Origin: Octopus vulgaris | Lineage: Eukaryota | Direction of reading: 5' to 3' | NCBI GenBank assembly: GCA_951406725.2 | Contig: OX597817.1 | Span: forward strand, 36,456,001-36,520,000 | DNA length: 64,000 nucleotides | In this document: positions 13,677 to 26,891 of the stretch, piece after piece | Layout: every line of letters begins with the position of its first letter | Numbering within the stretch: the first letter of the stretch is position 1 | Made by a program: the position numbers and the translations under genes | Notes under the pieces: model-generated | The model's input: only the letters and a program-made list of their open reading frames with translations | Databases searched by the model: none | Told to the model about the DNA's origin: nothing

Positions 13677-13726
<50 letters not shown>

Positions 13727-14193
13727 TGTGTGTCTGCATGAATATATATTGAATTAATACTTACATTTTTTAAAAAAATTAAAACTAGTTTTGACTTCAA
13801 ATATTGCCGATGTCAATTTGCCTTTCACCATTTCGGTCCCGATAAAATCGGTTGATTAATTATTACTTTTAGTTATCAGAGATATATACGTAGTAGAAGG
13901 ATGTTTTTTTTGGGGGAAAGATTAAAGAAGAGTAGAGGTTATAGAAAGTGTGAGAAGAACAAGAAAATAAAAATGTTAGAAGTTAAGAAAGAATAAATGA
14001 AGTAGATGTAGAAGATGCAGCAGGGGAAGTAATTTCCCAAAACTCTTCTTATTGGGCATATAACAACAAACCCATCCCTCAGAAACACAAACGAATGTAA
14101 ACAGTACATTCAAATGACAAGCATAGTCTGAAGATGTCAAGCACAGGCAGAACTTTGAAGTGACTACAAATATCACTTTCTCTCTTCTCTCTC

Positions 14194-14235
<42 letters not shown>

Positions 14236-14789
14236 TACATGAATACATATGTACTACATTCATCTATCCTCCCTCCCTCCATTCATCACCCATCCAATCA
14301 TACATGCATACGTACGTACGTACATACATACATACATATGCACATAATACTTGTCGGCTGCTGAGAAGTTATTTGGATGGCTCTGACAGGAAAAAGAGCT
14401 TACCGGTGGGGGTCAGTTGAATGCCCCTAGGACATCAGGCTAGGCTTCGTCAATCTAGGTTAGGTCGCAGAGCATGGTAACCATGAAACGTCCAATGTTT
14501 ATAGAATACAATACTAACACATGTATGTATGTATGTATGTATGTATGTATGTATGTATGTATGTATGTATGTATGTATGTATGTATGTATGTATGTATGT
14601 ATGTATGTATGTATGTATGAATGCATGCATGCATGTGTGTATGCATTTATGCATGTCTGTATGTCATTATTCAGTTTTATTTCAGGATTTCTTGCCAATA
14701 AAGAAAGAGCCGGTTTCTAACCTAGATCCAAGGCTCCTTCATTAGAATTTCAGCATCAGAACAGTATATTTTTGTATGCATGTATGTAT

Positions 14790-16115
14790 ATGTATAGATT
14801 TGTATGTTTTATTTTATGTATGGATTCTCATGCATATACTTGCTTATCTAGACATACTTATATATATTTGAATGATAAACTTCTGCAAAGTTTCACAGAT
14901 TTTTACATTTCCACTGATGGATTGGATTTGTAATCTTCGAATTTTCTTTCTCCTTTCTGATCTTGAGAGGTCTAATTTCTCATGATTGGTATTTAGGCAG
15001 TACGTTACTTATCCCAGGGACACAGTAATTACAGGTATAAACCTGAACTTGTAATTTGGATAGAGTAACTACAGATTTCTCAATAGTTCAGCATAGGTAT
15101 TCTCTTTTTCACTGATCTTCAGCTTTATGCCAGCATTCGCTGGGCAGATAATTTCCACAACTGTTCATAGTTTTTCTTCTCTATCCCAAATCACTGTATC
15201 AGGTCTGTTGTCCTTACATTTTATTCAGATTTTCACTGGTACATTCCACCAGTACTCCTTTATACTATGTGTGGCTATGGCTTCTACCATACTTATTTCT
15301 TATTCTTTGTCTTCGCGGTTATCCTTCCGACGGATTTCATTATAGAGTGTCCTGGCTACAACATCACGTCTCATCGGTAGATAATACCGTGATGACATTT
15401 TCAGACAACTGCTTATACTGTAGATGATATCTTCGGTGATAACATCTTCGATGATATATTCGGTGAAAGTATGCATCGGTTGTCACATTTTATTGCTTTT
15501 CCTTCATATCTATCCTCTTTGTACATCAGGTATTTGGTCGATATTTCCTGTTCCTGGATTGCAAACACATACCCTTCAAAGTGGGAGGTAGTAATCCGGC
15601 TATTTATCGGTCCATGATAAACTGCTTTGAGGATCAATGTTATTAACATCTCGGAGCTTTCTACTAACATGTCCATGGTTGTTAAAAGATAATGCCGAAG
15701 GGATATTATACAACATTCAAAGGTATTTTGGACCGATGTTAAGCTTCTGCCGGCTTGTTTTCGTTTCAGGTAGAGGCGGTCTACGTCACTGTTTATGTGG
15801 AAATTATGTGTGCTTGTTAGTATTTTTCGGGTTTTCACATCAATGGCTTGGATTTCATCAAGCGTCCAATCAAGCAGCCCAAATGTTGACATGAGCATTG
15901 GCACGGCAAACACACTGTGAGCCACTGCTTTACTGAATGTACTGTTTTATTGAATGCAGTAATAATCTTTAGTGACACGTGTGTTGTTACAGATGCCATT
16001 GTAAGATATGTTTTCATCCACCCCTATATACCAGTAACATTCATCATCATATATAAGGTAAACAGTCAAGTCATTGATGTAGATGTTACTAGTTTGGTTT
16101 ACTGTTTTCCCCTTT
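14790..16115 (-). mobile_element. Degenerate 5'-truncated RLE-type (R4/Dong-like) non-LTR retrotransposon
   Basis: Minus ORF has FAVPMLMSTFGLLDWT..IDVKTRKILT..H.NSDVDRLYL and EGYVFAIQEQEI.T, which align with LALPVVQYSF..LDRKTRKLLT..HPKADVDRLYL and EGFIMAAQDQSL of the 57657 ORF. RHD and RPD-like RLE remnants lie downstream. Frameshifted and partly deleted. Confidence 0.85.
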
Positions 16116-16134
16116 TCACAACCATGTATGTATG

Positions 16135-16168
<34 letters not shown>

Positions 16169-17085
16169 TGTATGTATGTATGTATGTATGTATCTATCTA
16201 TCTATCTATCTCCGAACATAAAAACCACCCATAATATTGATATTGTAACTTTCGTTATATATTTTCTGCATAGCCTTAACTTTCCGACTGGCTGATTTTT
16301 CTCTTTTCTTAACTAAAGCAAAGTTTTGAGAAAATTAATCATAGAAGTTAGTTTAGATTAATATAATATGCTTTTCATATTTTGCAGAAAGACTATTCGT
16401 CAAATGTGCTGCATCAAAATATTTCATATTTTCTCAGGTTTTCATTTATTTTCTTCGTGTTACGAAAATTTTAGTATTTCTTGAATATTTTAAATTTAGA
16501 TTAATCAGCTAGATACTTTTTCAGTTTAGATTTAAATCTTTAATACTTTTAATAAATGGAACTTTCAATGATTAAAATTCCAGAACGCACTTAATTTTCT
16601 TTATGACTTTTTACAGTACCTCGTTAGCTGTTGGGTTATGGAGTGAAAGTGAATAGATTAGCAGAAACAGCAAAATGGTTGAAAACGTTATTAGGTATTT
16701 ATTTGAATATCTTTATATTCTACGTTCCCATATCACCAGAGCCTATTTCATTCTACAATGGGATAAAATTAAGACACAATTCCATTAACAAGACATGCGC
16801 CAAAGAAATACTACTTTTCAATACTTTTCAACTATTTTCTCCTTTCTTTTACTTCTACTGTTTGGAAGGAAATGGGAACTGAGATGCACAATTCTTCATC
16901 CTTTGAAGTATGTGAACATCATTATGCTTACTGTAATGTTATCTCTATTCTAGGCTTGTTCTCTTGCGTCTCATACCAATGGTTGTTTTTCTATGAGAAA
17001 TTCAGTGAAAACGGTAATTTCAGTTGACAATAGATAAGCCTATGACTACTTATGGAACGAATACCTCATAAGTTATCTGTATTCT

Positions 17086-17477
17086 TGTTGTGTGTACGCC
17101 CCCAGACGATGAAGTGGACTAGCCCGATACGTAGATAGAGATGGAGAAGTCTAGACGTCAGGGTAGACTAGAGCACAGCTGAGAGTAGTCGCGCAGAGTA
17201 GCGTTGAGTAGAGGTCATCCGAACGTTCGACTTAACAACTCTATATCAATTTCTGATCTCTTGTCATATTGTTTGAATGTAGAGTACCAGACACTTACAC
17301 CTTCAACTCTGGTAGCCAAGTGTACGGTTATGTCTTCACCACTCTTCGGATATTAATGAATTTACTTATAATAATCTCTAACTAGATATATTCACATTTA
17401 CATGTTAATGCCATTCGTTCTTCCTTAACCTACCGCACACAGCAGCCATCCACACGCGATCTAAACAATTCACAACA
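17086..17477. mobile_element. Possible solo LTR remnant
   Basis: Bounded by TGTTGTG...CACAACA 7-bp inverted termini, with a more GC-rich interior. No TSD found. Confidence 0.35.
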
Positions 17478-18962
17478 AACAAAGACAGATTTTATGAAGT
17501 AAAACTATGGGAGTACTTTGTCGATGAGAAAGGATATCTTAGTTTATTCCACAGAACATCACGAACACTCAATCAGTACAGATTTACAAAGAAACCGGTT
17601 GTTCTTTACCATCTTTAGTTATGAGCACTACAATACTAAAATAATCAAATGCTTCACAAATGCTATTGGCAGTCGATAAGTGATGATCTCTTTAAGCGTC
17701 GGAATCTATTTCGTATCGCAAAAACTGGATCCTTAATACAAATGGTTTTCTTTAGCTTGGCTTACAAGCATACACTGGTAATGAGATATTTGTTTTTTCA
17801 TAAAACTAAAGTATGACATACAGTAGAGTACTGCCTGCACATTTGCAAAATTGTGTGCGTATAGTCATAGATCTCTTTATATAAATATGTGGATAGAGCT
17901 ATGGATCTATTCACATAAATCCATGACTGTATATACAAATACTATTCGGCTGTACTGTTCTTATTCTCTCTTCTTTCCTCTTATTGTAGACGACGACCAC
18001 CACTGGCAAATTTCTTAAAGTTCCCAAGTAGTCGTGAGCAGAAATTGGCAATCACTCGACACTCCCTCTATTGATCCAGCGGAGCATCAAGCATGAATCA
18101 AGAGGGGTTAGATAGATAGATAGATAGAGTGAGAGAAAAAGAGAGGGAAAGAAAGAGAGAGAGGGGGGGAGAGAAACAGAGAAGGAAAAAGCTAACAGTA
18201 CCAAGCACAAAAGTTATACTAAGTTATCAACTGATGGAACTCGATCAACTTGAAATATATCTTACTCAAGAATATAACGCGCCACACGGTCCGAGAATCG
18301 AACGCATGATTTCAGGATTGAGAGCACAACACCCTTAAATTTCGATTCACATGCCTTCAATAAAATGAAGTACCAATTTATGGAGAGGGACTAATCGACG
18401 AAGTTAGAGATTTTCAGGAAAGGCTTTACAGTATTAATTGTCTCCTTTCATTCCGAGGTTTCAAAAACCGACGGCGCCATTTCTGTCAGCTATCCGTTCG
18501 GAATCGATAACATAAGTGCTAGTAATACAATAGGCTTGATAAATCTCCTGCACGTTATCCTTATACAATTAGCCTTGTGACAACTCAAACAGAATAAATA
18601 TGTTGGGGTCTATTTATTCGACTATACTGGCACCACTGGCCTTGAGTCTCGTCAAAAGACATCATTATATTTCATTGGGATCGATAATTTTGTTTGCTGT
18701 TATTGCTATAAACTTAAAATACAAATATTAACTTGCAATCTGACAGCTGATGGTTCTAGATACTTGCGTTGTTGAGTCTGGTTGGAAAACAGGCAATATA
18801 TAACATAAAGAGAATACAACAACAGTCATCGGTTTCCTAAATTTGTGCACACAGCTAGTTCAAATATTCGCACAATCCATGCAAACGCAAATTCATGCAG
18901 ATATAAGAATACACATATATAATATTATATGTGTGATAGTTTATACAGCTTCATGATGGTGT

Positions 18963-18966
<4 letters not shown>

Positions 18967-19015
<49 letters not shown>

Positions 19016-19096
19016 TGAGAAAGTTGGTGTGTATGTATGTATGTATGCATGCATGTATGTATATACATATATAAATATATACATATGTATTTATAT

Positions 19097-19142
<46 letters not shown>

Positions 19143-19206
19143 CTGTGTATATATATAAATATATATATTTACACATATATATATATATTCATAGAAGTTT
19201 ACACAC

Positions 19207-19251
<45 letters not shown>

Positions 19252-19267
19252 GATGTGTGTATGTATG

Positions 19268-19299
<32 letters not shown>

Positions 19300-19538
19300 C
19301 ATATGTATATGTATGATGATGGCCAATCATTTACACACAGTCAGGCATATATATGTATATACATACATACATATGTTTGTAAACTTATATAAATGTATAT
19401 ATGTGTGTGAATATATATATTCATATATATGTATGTCTGCCTGTGTGTAAACCTATAGGCCAACATGCATAAACATACAGATATGCTCATAGTTAATTAA
19501 CTAACTAACTAACTAACTAACTAACATACTTACATAGT

Positions 19539-19588
<50 letters not shown>

Positions 19589-20303
19589 AATGTATGTATA
19601 TGTATGTATGCATATCTATATACATATATGTATGGTTTATGCGTATATGTATGTATATACCTATATATACATATATGTATATATGGATGTGTGTGCGTAT
19701 GTATATCTGTGTATGGATATCTATATACAATACCTGCGAATGCGTCTCACAGACCTTCGCAAAATACTGGCAGTTTCAAATTGTGGGATCCTGAACATTT
19801 GGAAAGAAATTGCGCCGAAGATTTCTGTCTCCATGTATTTATTGACAAAGCTTTCGGTATTTTACTAATTTACTTGTTTTTTTTTTCCCTCCTCAATTCA
19901 AATATTAACTTAAATTCCACGTACTTAATGTCAAATTTTAAATTGAGTAGCTGGCATTTATATATTTATTTATTTGCAATATTCCGTTGTCGGCATTGTT
20001 TGTATTTCATGGTTAAATGTATGTATGTGCGAATGTGTGAGTGCGGGCGCGCGTGTGCTTTTAAATGTTTCTAAAGATAGGTGTATGTAGTGGGTTGTGT
20101 TCGGTCCTATGAATGTTTAGTGTTGTGCGTGCGGTGTGTCTTTTCTTGCATGGATATACAAGTTTTGAGAAAGTAAAGTGGTTGCGTATGAATCTTTCGG
20201 TCTGTCTCTCTGCCTCTCTTTCTCTATCCTCTTTTCCTCTTCCCCTCTCTCATATATATATATACATATGTATATATATTTACAAATATATCTACGCATC
20301 TGC

Positions 20304-20361
<58 letters not shown>

Positions 20362-20373
20362 ATGTGTGTGTCT

Positions 20374-20438
<65 letters not shown>

Positions 20439-20830
20439 TATGTATATATATATATTCATACATATGTGAATGTATATAGACGTATACATACATTTACACA
20501 TATGAATGTATATTCATATGTACACATATGCACATATGTTTGTGTGTATGCATACATGTATATACATATATACGTACATATCTATCTATCATCTATCTAC
20601 CTATCTATCTATCTAACTATCTTTCTACCTACCTACCTACCTACCTACCTACCTACCTGTCTATGTATCTATCCATCTATCTATCTATTTATCAATCTCT
20701 ATCTATCTTCCTTCCTACCTATCTATCTATCTATCTTTCTATCTATTTTTCTTTGTCTCTCTTTGTGTGCTTGTCTATGTATCTATCATATTATATCATA
20801 TTGCATATATATATGTTCGTTTCTGTGTGT
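18967..20830. repeat. Compound (TA)n/(TATG)n/(TG)n/(TCTA)n microsatellite region
   Basis: Direct inspection. Interrupted by unique sequence at ~19730-20200. Confidence 0.9.
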
Positions 20831-21443
20831 GTGCCTGATTGTGTGTGAGCATGCGCACGTTTATGCATTTACACACATACAGAACTGTGAATGATACCAG
20901 ATGAGCACACCCTTAAACACATACATTGCATTCTTGTGAAGACATTTATATGTATCAGTAATGGTATGTACGTAACTACTTAAATGCATGATACTACACA
21001 CACAGACAAAATAAATATATAAATAAAATGGACAAATATTTGCTGTTTATCGAATTTCTAATTTATATAAATATTTGTAACTAATCATGATTAAGTCTAT
21101 CAATTTCACTGTATTTTTTAACATATGTTATTAATACCTAATCCGTTTGGATAATGATTTTCTTTTTCTCACAGTATATAACTATCTCGGCACGCTGAAT
21201 TTGCTGAAAAAAAAAAGAGAAACAACTATGTGGTAACTATCTAAGTTAAATTATATCATTAATGCACTTAGAAATATGAAATTGCGATCTTATGGAAGAA
21301 AGCACACGCATGTACACATGCTTAAAAATTATACTACATATTTGCATCTGTCTCTGTCTACCTCTCTCTCTCTCTCTCTCTCTCTATGCGCGTATATATA
21401 TACGTACATACATGTGTGTGTTTACATACACACACACATATTA

Positions 21444-21985
21444 GGATGGCGCGCTGGTAGAATTGTTAGCAGTCCGAGCAAAATCCTTAACGGTATTTCG
21501 TCTGCCGTTTCGTTCTGAGTTCAAATTCCGCCGAGGTCGACTTTGCCTTTCATCCTTTCGGGGTCGATAAATAAAGTACCAGTTACGAACTGTGGTCGAT
21601 ATAATCGACTTAATCCGTTTGTCTGTCCTTGTTTATCCTCTTTGTGTGTAGCCCCTTGTGGGTAGTAAAGAAATAAGTATTTTGTCTGTCTTTGTGCTCT
21701 GAGCTCAAATGTCACCTATGCCGACTATGCCTTTCATTCCTTTCTGTACCAATAGCATAAGCATCAACCGGCCGACTTTGACTTTCCTCGTTTCGCGGGC
21801 GATAAATTAAGTACCAGTCGCGTACTGGGGTCGATCTAATCGACTGGCCCCCTCCCCCGAAATATCGAGCCTTGTGCCTAGAGTAGAAAAGAATAAAATA
21901 AGCACCGACTGAGCTCTGGGTTCGACATAATCGACTTACTCCACCTCCCTCATATTGCTGGCCTTGTGTGAAAATTTGAAACCAA
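21444..21985 (+). mobile_element. SINE family A cluster (tandem/nested copies)
   Basis: Full copy 21444-21677 followed by additional partial cores and tails. Confidence 0.85.
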
Positions 21986-22280
21986 TATGTAGGGAGATAT
22001 ATGCTGCCTTTCCCAGACGCTTAATAATTTTGGCTTAAGTCCCTGGCACCCGCCGGATTCGAGTAACATCGGAGATAAGGGGGCGAAACTACAAAGACAA
22101 ACCGGATTCCGACTGATGAAGAAATCAATTGCGAGTGATCCGTGTATCTTGTTTTTGTCCTGTTTGCCATTTGTCGTACTATCGTCTATTTTCTCGCATG
22201 TTGTGTTGTGTTGGTTTCCGTTCGTTGTGTTCTTTCTCTTCTGCTTTTGATGTACATATATATACCTATATATGTATCTT

Positions 22281-22318
<38 letters not shown>

Positions 22319-22510
22319 TAATATTAACAATAGAAAAGAGTTACAGGAAGCTGGCTTTCTGCGTATGCCCACTCCACATGCGTTCACACGCACACGTTAG
22401 CAACAATGGGGTCATAACACCGAAATAATGAATACAAGGTAAGTCTACATTAATTCACATATTTGTTTTCTTGTGATTTACCTTGCATTTACTTACCCAC
22501 GATCCCTTAT

Positions 22511-22560
<50 letters not shown>

Positions 22561-22752
22561 ATGAATGAATTATCCTTTGTTTACCGTTAACATGGAAAAT
22601 TCAATAAACAGTTACCAGGGTAGCAAAACTCACGCAAGTAACAAGGATATAGTGACCTATTCAAAGGCAGAAACTCCGAGTTAATGTGCAGTAATTTGTG
22701 TAGTATTAGTAAATAAATGGAGTTGAACGCTGATGCTATTCAAATTCCTTTA

Positions 22753-22829
22753 CTTTCGACATATGTTTCGAAGACAACATTGGTTTTATTCCAAAAGAAT
22801 AAACGGTGTAAAATGCAATCTTCTCATCA
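22753..22829 (-). ncRNA. Truncated hammerhead ribozyme motif in a Penelope-like pLTR fragment
   Basis: Minus: (a)TGATGA-gaagattgcatt...aatgttgtcttc-GAAA-catatg-TC. The first C and the 5' strand of stem I are replaced by (TA)n. Confidence 0.6.
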
Positions 22830-22968
22830 TATATATATATATATATATATTTGTGTGTGTGTGTGTGTGTGTGTGTTTGTGTGATTTTGTGTGTGTATAT
22901 AGATATACATTCTTTCACATACGCACACACATTCCGACACGTGTATACACAGTGTAGGTCTTTATAAC

Positions 22969-23398
22969 GGTGACTAGAAAGAATGCCACAATAAAAGTGT
23001 CACTGATAAAAATGTCCGAATAAAATATTACAGGTAAAACTGGAGTCCATGTTTAATTTTTTCAGGTGGCACTGCACGTGTCGATCATAAAGTTGCAGAG
23101 TCGGGCAAATGATCGAAAATTTGCTAACCGCTCCGCAACGTGTGGACGATATTTTCTGCGACTAATGTCAAACGACCATACTTGAAATGCACAAACACCA
23201 ATCATGCATAATTTGGTTTGACTATACATCTCACACTTTTTAACATGAGAGATTTTTATCTGTGGAATTTTTTCTGTCCCATATTAACCGGTAGCATTTT
23301 TTCCGGTGGCTTTTTCACCAATGACATTTTCACTGTTGAACTTTTACTGTCACATTTTTGTCTGTGACATAATTTCCTGTCGCATTTTTCCAGGGATT
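22969..23398. mobile_element. MITE with degenerate inverted ends made of ~15-bp subrepeats (Mutator-like)
   Basis: Direct repeat (t)ctttataac at 22959-22968 and 23398-23407 (9-10-bp TSD). aaaatgtc-type repeats on the left are mirrored by gacatttt-type repeats on the right. Confidence 0.6.
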
Positions 23399-25201
23399 CT
23401 TTATAACATGTATTGTTTCTCCTGCCTAGACCCACGTCTCCAACGAAGAAACTATTGGTAGCTCGTATATTTATAACTGTGTGTATGTGTGTATAGTGCT
23501 GAATTTTTTTCAATAGAAACAAACTATTCGTGAGCTACGATATTGTTATATTTCGATCGGCATTCCAAACTAATCGATCCAAGCCTTAATGAGTGGATGG
23601 ATCATAAATTGGCATCTATTTCGTTGTGTGTAGTCAAAAAAGAGCCATTATTTTGCTTTTTATCTAACTACTGATGCATATCTCTTTCCTGCGCCTATAT
23701 TTGTGTCTATTTATTTTGACAAGACGTTCGTTCTTGCGTTTGTATGCGTTTTGGTAATTTATATATATGCGTGTAAGTTTGTGCAACGATACATACTATA
23801 CTGTTTACTTTACTTCTTTAGTTTCCTGTTGTGAGATTCAGATGATCCCTATATTCTATTTCGTCCTATTGAATAAATTCAATTATATACTCGCAGAGTA
23901 TCTGAATTATAAATACACTTTGAAGTATCTCTATAGGAATGGTTTCCTTGCTTGAGGAGAAAAATAGCTCATTTAATCATATTTATGATTTCCATCAATA
24001 TTTGTTTTGGAATCGATGGCAAATATATCTCCAAACATTGAAAGTTTCAATGTTTAGAGATATAAGTTCTTAATTTCACACCATTGTCCGTTACTTGTTT
24101 ATATGCTGGAACAAATCATATAAGCAACTATAAAGACTAGTTAGAGAACACCTACTTGCTTTATTCAAACCAAAATTATATTAATATGTTATCGGTATAA
24201 GAGATCATAGTTTAATGTTAATATTGATGAACTTGGAAGTAGTACTGTTGTTTAACCCTAGGTTAGGTTTGATCCAACAGGAGTATGGGGAAAAAATCTT
24301 CCTACTGTTATCATTTCAATCTTCCATTCAGTATAACTAAGTTCACATCATTATCTGATATGCCTTTCTTTTATAAATCGGTAATGTAAGACTTGCAAGA
24401 TATTTAGCTGCTAATTTTAGCAGGCTTAGCAAGCATGTAGAAGTTTCCTCACTGACTCGACATAGCATTACTTTTTCGTATATACATATAGAATAGTGAG
24501 CTTGGAACTAGTTTCTTCATATAACCTCAATTTTCATTAACTCATTTTTTAAGATGAGTTATTTGAAAATAGTTTAATTTTAAGTCTAGCAATGTGTGTG
24601 AGTGTTTGTGTCTGTTTCCATTTCTGTTCTTAGGTTTACGCAGTGTTAAACCTGTTTTGTCTCAAATATACAAATTGGCTATTGAATAAGTATATAATCG
24701 ATGTAATAAGGAGTAGATTGGTATAAATAAGTGAGTTGATATTTCAGGTAAAAAAACAACAAAATTTTGAAGGCAGTGTGCCAGTATAATGAAAAGCAAT
24801 ATATGTTAATACGGCATTAGTTAAACGAATTCACAATCTTTTAAATTTTCTACTATTTCCTATAATTTTTTAGTAAAATGGGATCTCACATTAATTCAAA
24901 ATTAGCAAATGTTTTTTTAAGGCCAATTAATGCAAATTTCTGATTTCATTTTTCAAGGACTATACCAATAAATCAAATATTTCTAGCAACGTGACATGAA
25001 TATAACTTGTTCAGTGGGTAAGCTTATTGGTTTCAGCGACGGTGAAGGAGGATGTCACACCGCTGATGAAAGTAATGGTATTACCATGCATTGTAAATTT
25101 GTTGTGTGGCCCCATATCAGTTCTAACCAAGCACAGCTACGTTCAAAGTTTAATTCCTCGGCATCAGTAGCTCATCGTTTTAATAGCATACAGGATAAGC
25201 T

Positions 25202-25754
25202 TATCAATATCTATAAAGCTGAAATGCGAAAACGTTGTTTGAATTTTTGGTTATTTGTCTCCTTTTGGGATGGGAACGGTTTAAGGCGCGGTAGATGGAG
25301 TCGGATTGGCGCCAAAATTTACACTGGGGGGTAAAATGTGAAGAGGGTTGCAAGTCGCTCGGGGCTACCGTTTGGTTGCCATTGTGAGGAATATAGGAAA
25401 AATTGGGTTTTATGAGAAAGACAGGTTGCGCTGTTTGAATAATGGCGGCTTTTCGTGTTGTTGCAGGGGCTAGAGGCGGTTATCTTTAATTGTGGGCGTA
25501 AAAATTTGGGGGATTTTGGAAAGGTGGAGTGGCATCAGCTATGGAGATGATGAGAAGGAGAAAAGAAAGAGTGGAAGAAGAGAAAGAAGATAAAGACAAA
25601 GAAAAAATCTTTAAAATAAGAAAAAGAAAAAGAAGAGGGCAATAAAAAGAATCAGGCAAAGAAGACGAACAAAAGAAGAAAGGGAAAAGGAGACAACACG
25701 CACAAAACAACACCACCATTAAAACCCGAGCGAAGCACGGGTCAAAATAGCTTG
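25202..25754 (+). mobile_element. Non-autonomous Helitron-like element
   Basis: 3' hairpin acccgagcgaagcacgggt followed by cttgt (degenerate CTAG-T); 5' TC-tataaag start. Boundaries approximate. Confidence 0.5.
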
Positions 25755-26532
25755 TGTAATGTATATTTTAGAAAAGAGACGTGTGAATTTACACAGACAA
25801 TCGAGCTATTTCCCGCCGGTAGGCTTCCGTGGCCACAAATGTATCTTTCTATTGGTAAGGAAGATGAAGGTTTGGTAGGATTATGTGTATACCTCATTAA
25901 CTGTTCTATTCGTCGCTGGTTTGTTGCCTTTCAGTTGTCCATTGAAATACATCCTTGGAGAATTATGCTTTTCAAATTTCAAAGATCGATGAAACAAGCC
26001 CCAGTAAGTTGCCATGATCGATTAAATCGATTAGATTTAATTCATTTCAAAAACATGCATTTTGTCTAGTCAGGAAAAATTAATTAAAACTGCAGATGAA
26101 TTGATTAAACTCCTCAAATTAAGATCATACAACATAGAACAAATGAAATTCCCTAAACGTGACACACAATTCTTTACCTTATGAATGAGCACGAATCTGT
26201 TTCTTCTTTTAGCATCCATTTTCGAGTGAGTTCCACTTCCACACACCATAAAGCCACTGCTCACACCCTGGTTTTGAGGTTTTGGGCTTATAAAAGACAA
26301 ACGCTCTCCATGAATAGAAACTCTAGTGTACCACTTCCATAATTTTCGATGAAATCTTTACATAATAATTCTTTAAAACGCCAATATATATGTAAATCAA
26401 AATGTTGTGATTAGTATATAGGAATACCGTTGTATATGGTCTCAAAGATATGATATTGCACAATGAATAAACTAGATATATGGGAAAGTACGCTGTTGGT
26501 TTTATATCACCCAAAAATCAGCAAATTGAGTA

Positions 26533-26891
26533 AGGAGTGGCTGTGTGGTAAATAGCTTGGTACCTTGGGCAAGTGTCTTCTACTATAGCCTCGGGCCGAC
26601 CAAAGCCTTGTGAATGGATTTGGTAGACGGAAACTGAAAGAAGCCCGTCGTATATATGTATATGTATGTGTGTATGTATACGTTTGTGTGTCTGTTTGTC
26701 CCCCCAACATCACTTGACAACCGATGCTGGTGTATTTACGTCTCCGTCACTTAGTGGTTCAGCAAAAGAGACCGATAGAATAAGTACTAGGCGTCCAAAG
26801 TATAAGTCCTGGTGTTGATTTCCTCGGCTAAAGACGGTGCTCCAGCATGGCCACAGTCGCATGACTGAAACAAGTAAAGGAAAGTAAGGGA
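26533..26891 (+). mobile_element. SINE family B with head deletion, flanked by a ~170-bp direct duplication
   Basis: Homologous to 11570-11973. Flanks 26362-26532 and 26892-27059 are diverged direct repeats. Confidence 0.9.

Larger units (their letters stand above)
13218..13679. repeat. Long inverted repeat (~230-bp arms, 1-nt spacer at 13449), probable Penelope pLTR inverted duplication
   Basis: Centre tttaatca-a-tgattaaa. The arms are reverse complements with only a few differences in the distal part. (TA)n lies on both sides. Confidence 0.95.

Noticed and set aside
14705-14750. Minus-strand ctaatga...gaaaccggctc hammerhead-like motif
   Set aside because: Core G is substituted and stems I and II do not pair convincingly.
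22100-22150. ctgatgaagaaatc as a hammerhead core
   Set aside because: No stem II closing onto GAAA downstream; at best a decayed pLTR.
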